Shown: piece by piece, positions 1 through 13,312 of the stretch
Layout: every line of letters starts with the position of its first letter
Position numbering within the stretch: position 1 is the first letter of the stretch
Assembly: GCF_009914755.1 (NCBI RefSeq)
Contig: NC_060936.1
Source: the human T2T-CHM13v2.0 reference genome, Homo sapiens
DNA: 64,000 nt
Strand: one strand, 5' to 3'
Program-made: the position numbers and the translations under genes
The notes under the pieces: generated by a model
What the model was told of the DNA's origin: nothing
The model's database searches: none
Seen by the model: only the letters and a program-made list of their open reading frames with translations

Positions 1-109
1 TTCCCCTCCCTCCACTAGGTGGGAACCCATGGATATCTACACTGGCTACATCAAGCCCAGATTCCCCACACATACACACCAGTTTGACCAGCCTTAAACC
101 AATATGTAC

Positions 110-770
110 CTTTATTTAACTTATGTAATAAGAAGTCCAGAGATAGGAAGATTCCAGGGTTGGTTAATTTCATGGCTCTCAAGTGTCATTAAGGACCTAG
201 AGTCTTTCACCTTTCTGCTCCGCCATCCCCACCACAATGCCTACTCTTTTCACAAGTTGAGTTCTGCAGCTCTCAGTGACCATGGTGGGCTGAAGTTGGT
301 TCCCAGAGGCTCCTGAGAGCCAATTGCTAAATATTTAGGAGTTTTGCCAGTCAGTTGTAGAGCTTGAAATTGGCCATAATGGGAGAATTTACACCACAGA
401 AATGGAAACAGACAAATGCTACAAATCAGGGCTTTTCATTTTTTGGCGAGGGTGTTAGCAGCGGATTAATGCTGCATCACATCTTCATACGATAACATTT
501 AGAAACAAAAAGGGTCTATTTCTCAAATATATCTTTTTTTTTTAAGAGCAGAGAAACTTTTTCTGAAAACCTCATAGAAAATCCACCACCCCCACTCTCA
601 CCCTCCCAACTTCCTTGGCCTGATTATGTCACATGCCCACGTTTTAACCAAAGATTGACAAATGAACAGGATGACAACAATTTCCCTAAAGTATGGGCAC
701 CTGATACCTGAAAATCAGGGTTTTCTTAGCTGGAAATAGGGTAGGAGGTAGTGTTTGTGTGAGGAATCCA
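110..770 (-). mobile_element. Old MaLR LTR (MLT1J/K-like), split by a MER63 insertion
   Basis: MLT1-type phrases 'aagaagtccagagataggaagattccagggttggttaattt' and 'tgtcacatgcccacgttttaacca'; boundaries approximate. Confidence 0.55.
281..470. mobile_element. MER63-like hAT-Blackjack DNA transposon fossil
   Basis: 'gagagccaattgctaaatatttagg...agcttgaaattggccataatgggagaatttacaccacag...gctacaaatcagggc' matches recalled MER63 consensus. Confidence 0.7.
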
Positions 771-927
771 CAGGATTTGTCTCATGCACATACACACATT
801 CTGCCACATGATTGAGAGCTTCTCTCTCTGCCCTGGCCCACCGTGGAGGTTTCAGCAGGTTTACAGGGCAAAAAGGATTAAATGTTAGCCAGGAAGAGAA
901 TTATGTTAATTCTGTTTTTTAGTTTGT

Positions 928-1056
928 CTGTTTGTTTTTAGAGATGGAGTCTCACAGTGTTTTGCAGGCTGGACTTGAACTACTGGATTCAAACAGTCCT
1001 CCTGTCTCAGCCTCCTGAGTAGCTGGGACTAAAGGCACGTGCCACCATGCCCAGCC
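928..1056 (-). mobile_element. Free Alu monomer (FLAM-like)
   Basis: Single monomer ending 'gccaccatgcccagcc' with T-rich tail on the left. Confidence 0.8.
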
Positions 1057-1063
1057 ACATTAA

Positions 1064-1363
<300 letters not shown>

Positions 1364-1953
1364 CTGCCTCATTAATTTTTATGTGTTGACATACTATTTC
1401 AAGTAAGTTAAATAAATACAAGACTAGATCTCATTAAGCAGTTTACTCAAAATTAATTTTTCTCTATTCAGGCTTAATCTAATCCTGATTTTCTCTCTGG
1501 CTGGAGTAGACTGTAAAGTTGGAATGCACCTGAATCTTTTTTGGGAGCCAGTTTCTTCAACGGCTTGTCTGAAATTGCAAAACTTTCAAGGGTATTGTGA
1601 GGTATCAGACTCTATGCCATCTGTCTTCAATGGCTCCAAGGAAGGGACCCCAAAACTGCTCTTTGATAATTCCAAGAAAGTGTCCAAATTGCACTTCTCT
1701 GCATCCCATTCACCTTTTTGAGCCTTTTCCCTTCCTTTAATGAAAAAAGAAATAGAAACCTTCTGACCACACATGCCTATGTTTGTGCACAATGAGACTG
1801 GCTCACATCGATTTTAAAACGGCCGGGCACAGTGGCTCACACTTGTAATCCCAACGCTTTGGGAGGCCAAGGCTGGAGGATACTTGAGCCCAGGAGTCTG
1901 AGACCAGCCTGAATAACATAGCGAGACCCCATCTCTACAAAAAATAAATTAGC

Positions 1954-2040
1954 GTGAGCCGAGATCGCGCCACTGCACTCCAGCCTGGGCGACAGAGCGA
2001 GACTCCGTCTCAAAAAAAAAAAAAAATAAAAAAAAATAAA
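1954..2040 (+). mobile_element. 5'-truncated young Alu 3' end (AluY-like) with poly-A
   Basis: 'gtgagccgagatcgcgccactgcactccagcctgggcgacagagcgagactccgtctc(A)n' with CpGs intact. Confidence 0.85.
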
Positions 2041-2045
2041 TTAGC

Positions 2046-2480
<435 letters not shown>

Positions 2481-3269
2481 TTATAATAATAATAAAACTT
2501 TTACATGAGCCCCTGTAGGGTATAAAAAGAATTACAAAGCCCAGTCCTTCCCTTCCAAGAGCTGACAATCTGTTGGAACAGGAACATACAAAAAGCAAAT
2601 GAACAGTATAAGTAAAAAAAAAACTGTAGCCGTTTGGGAAAAGAATAAATCGTTCCTGGGTAGGTTAGCAATTTCATTTTTTTTTTTTAATTAATGTTTT
2701 CCACTATTTCATTCTATTGTAAAAATGTTCAAACAGAAAAGTTGAAAGGATGGTACAATGAACACCATGACCCCATCAGTTAGATTTAATACCTGTTCAT
2801 ATTCTGCCATATTACCTATCTAAATATTTTGCTACCCATTTTAAAGGAAGTTGCAGTCATTGTATAAGGATAAGGTAGTCAGCCTTATTCCTTCACTATG
2901 CACCTTTTTAAAAAGGACATTTGCCTAAAATCCATAATACCTTTATCATATATTTTTTAATATCATCAAAAATCTAGTCAATATTAAAATTTTCCTAGTT
3001 GTTCCAAAAATAAATATGGTATAGGATATAGTATAATATGATTTTGCAAACCAGATTTATACATTGCATTTGATAGTTATATCTCTTTAGCTTACTTTAG
3101 TCTGGAAGAGTTCTACTTTTTTTTTTTATAACATTGACCTTTGAAAGAACCAGACTAGTAAATGGTCCCAAATTCTGGATTTGTTTGTTATCTCAAGGTG
3201 TTAACTTGTTTTTCTAGACTTGATGTCCTGTTCAAATAAAGGACAGGTTTGATTCAGATAGAATCAATC

Positions 3270-3745
3270 ATTGTCCTGACCGGAAGCAGATGGCATACTC
3301 AAAGGGTCTAACTGAAGGATGTGAAATGAAGGGACTATTTACAGATGTGTGGGCAGGCATAGGGAACAAGCGATGGTGAGGCACTGTGGGACTGCTGGCC
3401 CTAGGTCTACAACAGCCTGAGCTGAGTGCAGTTACTGAAGCATTGCAGGAGCTGGAGCTTTGGGAGAGGGGTCCCCACCAGGAGCCATGGATGTAGCAGC
3501 AACACAGGCACCACCAAAACTGCACCTGGGCAGGGAGTGGGGTGGTGGGGAACAAATACCACAACATCTCTCTCCTCTACCTTCAAAACGGCTGTTGGAA
3601 CCCCTGCGTTGGCCAAATCTAACTAGAAGCCAAAAAGCAAAGGAGCCTGGGCAATGGAGTCTGCAGGGGGGGAGTCTCCAGGGGTGCAGGGCAGGATGGT
3701 GAAAGGTGCTGAATGGATTTCTAAGGGCAAATGGAGAATGATGAG
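3270..3745 (-). mobile_element. Old MaLR LTR (MLT1-family, MLT1N-like)
   Basis: 'gaagcagatggcatactcaaaggg...gggactatttacagatgtgtgggcagg' matches recalled consensus; subfamily uncertain. Confidence 0.55.
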
Positions 3746-4151
3746 CACGCAACTTTGACATTTTTGGCTAGAATGCTTTATAGGTCATGCTGTGAACTTC
3801 AGATTGCATCACATCAGGGGAAACGAAATGTTAGGTTGTCTCACCCATTAACCAAGCTCAATTTGACCCCTCCGTTAAAGCAATGCTAGCCACATCTCCC
3901 TACTGAGATGTAAAGGTGTGTTTTCACTTTGCAATCAGCAAGTGATCCAGCAGGAGACACTTGGCACCAGGGGGATTCACGGTTTTGCTCCAATAATTTT
4001 TCACGTAATTGTTTCAGCATCCATGGATGATTCTTCCCTGAATCGGTCATTTCACTGGGAGTTGCAAAATGTTGATTTTTCTGAGTTTTTCTTCCCATAT
4101 TTGGATATGGAATGAAAATCATGTGAAATTTTATACATTAAAAATAGTTGA

Positions 4152-4585
<434 letters not shown>

Positions 4586-4654
4586 TTAATGTTCACTTCT
4601 TCTCCTTTATATATCAGTTGTCAAAGTGAGAGCCAAATGAACGTTAAACTGCTG

Positions 4655-4748
4655 CTTTTCTTCTCCTCCTTTTCCTCTTCCTCTTCTTCTTCCTCCTCCT
4701 CCTCCTTTTTCTTCTTTCTTTCTCTCTCTCTCTTCGCTTTTTCTTCTT
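4655..4748. repeat. Pyrimidine-rich (TTC/TCC/CT)n low-complexity tract
   Basis: Almost entirely C/T. Confidence 0.9.
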
Positions 4749-4939
4749 AATGCCCAAATCGTCCCAAATTTAGTCAGTGAGAGCTCCTTCAAGCTAACCC
4801 CTTGATAGGCCCCTGTTAGTCTTGGAGGACTTTCCTTCTGGAACTCTGGTACGTCTAGGCTTACCTGGTTTAAGTTATATTTCCCTGCCCCAGACCTCCA
4901 AAGAACCTTGGCTAATTTTAGTAGAAAATGATATTTAGA

Positions 4940-5236
4940 GGCTGGGCATGGCGGATCACACCTATTATCCCAGCATTTTCGTGGGCCAAAGCGAGAGGGT
5001 CTCCTGAGCCCAGGAGTTTGAGACCAGCAACATGGTGAAACCCCGTGTCTCCAAAAACCACAAAAGTATTAGCTGGGCATGTTGGCACATGCCTGTAGTC
5101 CCAGCTACTCCGGGGGCTGAGGCGGGAGGATCACCTGAGCCCAGGAAGTCAAGGCTGCAGTGACCAAGCCACTGCACTCCAGCCTGAGCGATGGAGTGAG
5201 ACGCTGTCTCAAAAAAAAAAAAAGAACAAGAAGAAA
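4940..5236 (+). mobile_element. AluJ
   Basis: Dimer; TSD 'agaaaatg(a/c)tatttagag' at 4923-4940 and 5237-5254. Confidence 0.9.
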
Positions 5237-5327
5237 AGAAAATGCTATTTAGAGACCAGTAAGTATTCTCTTTGCTGGTGAGCCGTTATTGCTTCTAGAC
5301 TCTTACAGTGGACAGAGCCTACGCATG

Positions 5328-5350
5328 CACACACACACACACACACACAC
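5328..5350. repeat. (CA)n microsatellite
   Basis: Read directly. Confidence 0.95.
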
Positions 5351-6005
5351 CGCCTTTAAATCAGGAGTTCACATTAACACTTCCAATTCAAATTTAATGT
5401 TATCAGATAGTCAGGAATTTATGTTAAGGAGCAAGGATTTAAGTTGGCCGTGAGAGGTAGGTACAATATCTTTTTAAAAAATAATTATTTTCTATAATAC
5501 AATCCTACTTACAAAGAAAAACACAACTAAATAAGAAAAGAGAATAAATGTATCAACAATCTCACCCTTTTAACACATCCACTCAATCTCTTTATATAAG
5601 TCCTTGGTGGTTAGGATTTTAATATATAGAGAGCTGAAGAGAGGAGCTTCTAAACAGGGAAGTACAGGTCCCAATGTAGATAAAGGACCTGAAATGGAAA
5701 GTTTATATATGAACATTACTCATCTTTAGGCCTCTCTTTAGGCCATACTTTCTTTGGTGCATAACCTTTCTACTGTCTCTGACTGTCAAAATCATATTCA
5801 TCCTCAAGAGCTTTCCCCGACCCCCAGGACCCCCAGCATAGTGTAGCCTTGCCCTACCTGCAGTGCGTTTCTGTGGATCTGATAACCGCTTTTCACTTGA
5901 TATTGTTAAAGGTATGTGTGGATCTGCTGTATCTCCCTAGCTAGTTCCCAGCTAGTTACAGTCAGGAACTGTATCTGGTTGTCTTTGTATTCTAAAAGCT
6001 CTTAG

Positions 6006-6339
<334 letters not shown>

Positions 6340-6340
6340 T

Positions 6341-6665
<325 letters not shown>

Positions 6666-7624
6666 AAGAAGCTTTCAATAAACATTTGCTACAAGAAATT
6701 CAACTGCAGAGGGTCCAAAAATGAGTCTAACAGCTTCACACTATATTGTGCAGACCCCCATAACTGTTCTTCTTGATTAAAAGAAACTTTCCCATTGCCT
6801 GTCCATCTTTCACCCTAGTTACTTACTTTTGAAACCTCAGGCTTATGTTATTTCTAATTATTATAGTTGCCTAGTAATACTTCTATTTTAAGGCTGCTTC
6901 TAATTTTCAAATAACAATTTTAAATACCTTTAAATAGATTATACTATTTTTTTAATGTCATTAGGTTGAGAGGTATAAACAACATTCTAACGCTTTACAA
7001 GGGAGGTGACTGAATTGCCTTCTTTATAGGCTATAAAGAAAAAGACAACCTGGTGATATTTTTTAAACTCACCATGATAGAGGCAGATGGATACATTATT
7101 GTAAGAGACCTGGAGGTTTCTTTCAGCTCTCAGATTTTAATTGAGCTATATAAATGTACACAGTCCCACCTTTTTATGACTAAACTAAATTGGTTTGGAT
7201 CAAAACTTCATTATTGGCAAATATAATAGTAATTTCAATAATACTTACAATACAGAAATCTGTAGGCCTCTATTTTCTTATCTATAAGATGAGAAAGTTG
7301 AATTAATTGATCTCTATAGTCATGAAGCACTGTAGTTATGAAACACCACATAAATCTTCTGGGAGTCTATTATTGCTAAGATGCATGCTTTCTATGATAT
7401 TGATTAGAATAATTTTTGGCTCCTAAATCTTCCTAATAGCTGATAGATTTTCTAAAGAACAAATTTAGCTTTATTGGATACCTTTAGATTCTTAACACAA
7501 GCACTACAGTTGAGGAAAAGGAAAAAGGAAAAATAGACATATTGAAAGAATATTAGACATAGGTTTGAATCCCAACTCTGCTACTTACAAACTATATAAT
7601 GTTTGGCAATTTACTTACCCTTGG

Positions 7625-8289
<665 letters not shown>

Positions 8290-8488
8290 CTTGGTATTTC
8301 CATCTAAAATTAAATGATAATTCCTATTTTGTGGTATTGTTACAAAGTTAAATTAGATAACCTAGAAGATAGCCCCTGGCATACCACCTGGCATATTGTA
8401 GGGAATGAATAAATGTTTATTGAGATGACCCTTACTATATAGATTTGGTGGAAAGTGGTGTTTGGATATCCCAGGTCAGATTGTCCAT

Positions 8489-8935
8489 TGTAATTAAGGG
8501 TTTTTTCGTCAGCATCAGAAATTACAATGGCTAGCTTAAACAGAAGGAAATTTACTAGGAGGATATGGGAGAGTTCACATGAAAGGGAAGGCTAGAGAAC
8601 CAGGCCAGCAGATGACAAACAGTAAGGCCATGTCAGGGTCTGTGTAGCGAGAATATTCCCATAGTCTAGACAGAGTGTTGCTTTGTCTAGTGTTACTAGA
8701 ATATGTGAGCTTTAGCTATTTTCCGTCTCTGTCACACTGATTGAGATTCAGTTCCCTTTTAGATTAGCTTGGGTTTTACAGTTTCCACCTGGCTAAGGGT
8801 AGTCAGGGCAAAACAGTCCCACCAGAATTCAACCAATGAGAGAGAAGCAATTCCTCAAAAGAAGAATATTAATGTCATTGCCAAAAGATAGTGACTAGAT
8901 ACAGGACTGCCAACATTAAAAAATATAAATTTCCA
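8489..8935 (-). mobile_element. Old MLT1 (K/L-like) LTR
   Basis: 'ggctagcttaaacagaaggaaatttactaggaggatatggg'. Confidence 0.5.
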
Positions 8936-9372
8936 CTAATCCCCAACACTTTTGTATTGTGGGAATCTACAAAGTGTTTAGGACTGAAAAGTACTATATG
9001 GAAGAGCTTCTAGAACTCCCCAAAACACCCAGTTCCTGCATATGCAAAAGTTACCAACTGTGGATTGAACTACCTTCCCCCCTAGTTTGGAAGGTTATTC
9101 CAAAAACAAACAGTTGTACCCTAGTTATGCTGCTGTGTACCCCCTCTCTCTCCTTTATCAAATCCTGTGACACAAGCTTCTATCTCCTCGTCATCCATTC
9201 ATCATCAAACCCTGTGCCTCGCTGGAGCCTTAAATTCAAGTCTTTGCCTGTATGAAATTTCTGGGTACCAACGCAGTTAGTCTCCTGAATCTTGGTACCT
9301 AACATTTTCCCTTTGATATTGCACTTTATTTAATTGAGGTGGTATCTATGTCACCTACCTCATTATGCTTCA

Positions 9373-9400
9373 GTGTGTGTGTGTGTGTGTGTGTGTGTGT
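9373..9400. repeat. (GT)n microsatellite
   Basis: Read directly. Confidence 0.95.
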
Positions 9401-10309
9401 TTCAGAGTAAAATGAAACCTGCAAGCAGAACATTTTCATACCACTATTTACTACTAAGTATAATACAGTCTAATATCATGTATCCTAGAGCTTATTATAA
9501 GACAGAGTTTAAAAAAACAAAAAAAACAAAAAAAAAAACCTCATCATAACCAGTGAGGAACTGACAAGTACCCAGGGATCTGGTTTCTAGTTCAGATTTG
9601 CCATGAATAATCTAGGATGCCATGGACTCTTTACTTATCTCTCTGGACTTGCATTTCCTCTCTATAAAATTAGAGGCTTGAATCATAGCTGGTCTCTAAA
9701 TCTCTCCCTGCTTTTACATTCTATGACTCCTACAGCCAGACCCTCTATAAGAGCTAAAAAGAAAAGCTAAAGCAAGGTGAGGGAACAGATGAGACCACGG
9801 TTCTAGGTGAGGTGCCATAGTCAAGAAAGGCCTTTCTGGGGAGGGGACAGTAGAACTGAAGCTGAAGGAAATGAGGGAGCCGACATGTGAGTATCTGGGG
9901 TACGAGTACTCTAGGTACAGCCTTTCTTAATGATGGTAGGTAATGCTCTTCTCAGCATGACAAGAAGTTTCATCCTCTACCATAGTTCCCATCCCTGTCA
10001 AGTAGGAACAACGCATAGAGAGAGATGATGCCAACCCAAGACAGGCCCCGCACAAGCTGGATGGGGCACAACAGGGACTGGGTGGTGCCCATGACTGAGC
10101 TGAAGTCTAGAAGTCATGGTGTAGAGGGTGGGGACAGTCAAATCCAGGTGAGCAGATCCAAACAAGTCATTGGCTTAAAGGGATTATTGAAGAATGGCAT
10201 GCGAGACTTGAATGGGTCGGGGAAAGAGAAAAGCTGAAGTCCTAAGTTGTAAACCAGAAATTGTCCCAGAAAGCTGTATTTCGAACCAAGAGTAATGACC
10301 TGTAGGAGA

Positions 10310-10520
10310 GTTATTACATCAATTTAATGGGTCATGACCCGTTTATTTTTTTAATTATATTAGAAGAGAATGAACTTACCAGTGTATATCACATAAAGGG
10401 CAAGTGATTGTTCTGTGAAACATTTTTTTCTGTTGTAAACATGTATATGTTGAGTCATTTTGTAGAACTGACTTCTCATTGTGAGTGATAGTTTTAAAAA
10501 AAATTAAAAGCCAGTGGCCT
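10310..10520. mobile_element. Charlie4-like hAT fossil
   Basis: 'aatttaatgggtcatgacc...ttgttctgtgaaac...ttaaaagccagtg'. Confidence 0.5.
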
Positions 10521-10585
10521 AGAAAAAATTCCAGGTATGGACTGCAGAGGCCAGTGGCAGTTTTTCATTTAAAGATTTAGTGGAT

Positions 10586-10855
10586 GGGCTGGGTGCAGTG
10601 GCTCATCCCTTGGGAGGCCAAGGCAGGCAGATTGCTCCAGCCCAGAAGTTTGAGACCAGCCTGGGCAACATGGCGAAACCACATCTCTACAAAAAAATGC
10701 AAAAATTTGCCGGGCGGCTGTGGTGGCGCATGCCTGTAGTCCCAGCCACTTTCGGGCTGAGGTGGGAGGATCTCTTGACCCCGGGAGGAGGCTGCAGTGA
10801 GCCGAGATTCACACCACTGCATTCCAGCCTGTCTCGAAAAAAAAAAAAAAAAAAG
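10586..10855 (+). mobile_element. AluJ with small internal deletions
   Basis: Dimer whose tail runs into the (GAAA)n tract. Confidence 0.88.
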
Positions 10856-10923
10856 AAAGGAAGAGAGAGAGAGAAGAAAAAAAGAAAGAAAGAAAGAGAG
10901 AAAGGAAGAAAGAAAGAAAGAAA

Positions 10924-10963
<40 letters not shown>

Positions 10964-10968
10964 GAAAA

Positions 10969-11012
<44 letters not shown>

Positions 11013-11034
11013 GAAAGAAAGGAAGGAAAAGAAA
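10836..11034. repeat. ~200-nt pure purine (GAAA/GA/GGAA)n tract derived from the Alu tail
   Basis: Only A and G throughout. Confidence 0.95.
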
Positions 11035-11133
11035 TTAATCCTCTACATATGGAGCTTTTTTAAAATGTTAAGTATACTAGAAAAGAAAGAGCAGAATCCA
11101 GAAATAAAAGACTTCTGCTCCCCCACCCTCTGT

Positions 11134-11872
11134 AACAAGGGACCAGAGGACCCCACCTACCCATCACCCTTTGTCACCACTATCACCATCACCACCACCC
11201 ACAAAAAGAACAGCCTGATCCCTGACATGCTGGGTAAAGAATTGCTTGTAAACTGAAAGAGAGAAAACTCAAATGCCCACCAGAATATGAGAATAACAAG
11301 TAAATGAACCTGACCAAGTGTAAGAAAAATGGGAACGGTGGGGACTCTGGTGGAGGAAATACTTAAGCCCTGCCCTGCCCAAGAGGGGCAGCAGCTACTC
11401 AGCTCTCAGCAGCTGTTGTGCAAGAATGTGGACCAAGTGTTGTCAGATCTTGGTATTTTTTCAAGAGATACTGGAAATCCAGGTTTTTATAATGAAAAAC
11501 ATTTTAAAACACTGGGTAAGCCAAATGAAACATGTCTGAAGGCCTAAACACACTCACACTACACCAAGTGTGAATAGCTGCTGTGTGTAGGTGGTGATAC
11601 TTGGGGTCATTTATATTTTCATTTTTACATTTCACTGCATGTTTCAGAATTTTAACAGTGAACATCATTTTACTTTTATAATGAGAGAAGAATGAAGGTT
11701 GTCAAATATTTAAAACTCTATTAACTAAACAGGTAGACATTTGAGTTTTCTCTTTTTAGTTTACAAGCAATTCTTTACCCATCATTTCAGACACCAGGCT
11801 GTTCTTTCTGTGGGTGGTGGTGATGGTGGTGACAAAGGGTGATAGGCAGGTGGGGTGCCCTGGCCCCTTGTT
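11134..11872. repeat. Inverted duplication: arms 11134-11283 and 11730-11872
   Basis: Manual alignment of arm 1 to the reverse complement of arm 2 gives about 15 substitutions and 2 indels over about 145 bp. Confidence 0.92.
11262..11560. mobile_element. MER103C-like hAT fossil
   Basis: 'aactcaaatgcc...gaggggcagcagctactcagctc...ttttttcaagagatactggaaatccag'. Confidence 0.65.
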
Positions 11873-12301
11873 GTTTTATCCTGCATTAAGATCAGGATAA
11901 AACAACAAATGTTACAGAAATTTTCTCTGGGTGAATGTTTACATGTGACTAAATTTTTATGTTATGTTTTACAACAAAAGTTTGCAGTACATCACAAATA
12001 ATTTCAGCCTAACTACAGCAATATGCCAAGTCTCAGGTTTGCTGATTCGAGGTTTGTGGTCACCATCTTTGGCTATTGTTTGCCCATCAGGACTTATGAA
12101 AGCAATTGCTTGTTCCATAATATTATTCTCATTTCTACTTAAGTATTTAGCCCAGCTTCTATAATATGCAAGTCTTCTGGATTCTGGCTAGATATTGGAA
12201 ACAAAGAACAGGCAATTCTTCCCCTGGAGTAATTATAGTATAGTCTACTATCTAGAGTGGTTAGAGTGGTTATGTGTACTAAATGAGTTAAAATTTATAA
12301 A

Positions 12302-12540
12302 GCTCATGCCTCTAATCCCAGCACTTTGCAAGGCTGAGGAAGGTGGATCACCTGAGGTCAGGAGTTCGAGACCAGCCTGACCAACATGGAGAAACCCCGT
12401 CTCTACTAAAAATATAAAATTAGCCGGGCGTGGTGGCACATGCCTGTAATCCCAGCTACTCAGGAGGCTAAGGCAGGAGAATTGCTTGAACTGGGGAGGC
12501 GAAGATGAGTGATCAGTGAGCTGAGATCACACCACTGCAC
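12302..12540 (+). mobile_element. AluS lacking its 3' end and tail
   Basis: Stops at 'accactgcac' and joins an opposite-strand Alu. Confidence 0.88.
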
Positions 12541-12679
12541 TTTTGTATTTTTTGTATTTTTAGTAGAGAGGGAGTTTCACCACGTTGCTCAGGCTGGTCT
12601 TGAACTCCTGACCTTGTGATCCACCCGCCTCAGCCTCCCAAAGTGCTGGGATTACAGGCGTGAGCCACCACACCTGGCC
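12541..12679 (-). mobile_element. AluS left arm only
   Basis: 'ttttgtatttttagtagag...ccacacctggcc'; right arm absent. Confidence 0.88.
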
Positions 12680-12990
12680 AGCATTTTTTTTAAATGAAAG
12701 AGAATGGAACAGACCTGAACACAATAGTGCCAGCAGTGAAGATAAATATTGTTTATTGAAAATTTGTGTGTTGTTTTATATAGAGGTACGTATAAGTGGC
12801 AGTTGTGGAGGTTAAAATTTTTTGAAAGCTACTTTACTCGACCAAAGTTGAAGCCTTGGCTTTATTTTCTGCATTGAGCTCCCTCTGTAAAACAGAGAAA
12901 GAAAATGTCTGTGTGTGTGTATGTACATTCATGTGCATATAACTATGTGCATGTATACATGTAATTATCCTAAAAGAATTTCAGAAAAAG

Positions 12991-13312
12991 CAGCCAGGTG
13001 CAGTGGCTTGCACCTGTAATCCTAGCACTTTGGGAGGCCGAGGCTGATGGGTTGCTTGAGGCCAGGAGTTCAAGACCAGCCTGGCCAACACAGCAAGACC
13101 CCATTTCTAAAAAAAAAAAAAAAATTTTTTTAATTAGCTGGGCATGGTGGCATGCATCCATAGTCCCAGCTACTGGAGAGGCTGAGACAGGAGGGTTGCT
13201 TGTGCCCAGGAGTTTGAAGGTGTGGTGAGCTTTGATCACGCCATCACATTCCAGCCTAGGCAACAGAGTGAGACCCTGCCTCTAAAAATCATAATAATAA
13301 TAGATAAAAATA
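12991..13312 (+). mobile_element. AluJ
   Basis: Dimer with AluJ-like right arm. Confidence 0.88.

Noticed and set aside
10580-11063. 152-aa and 88-aa Lys/Glu/Arg-rich ORFs
   Set aside because: Translation of an Alu plus the (GAAA)n tract, which contains no stop codons
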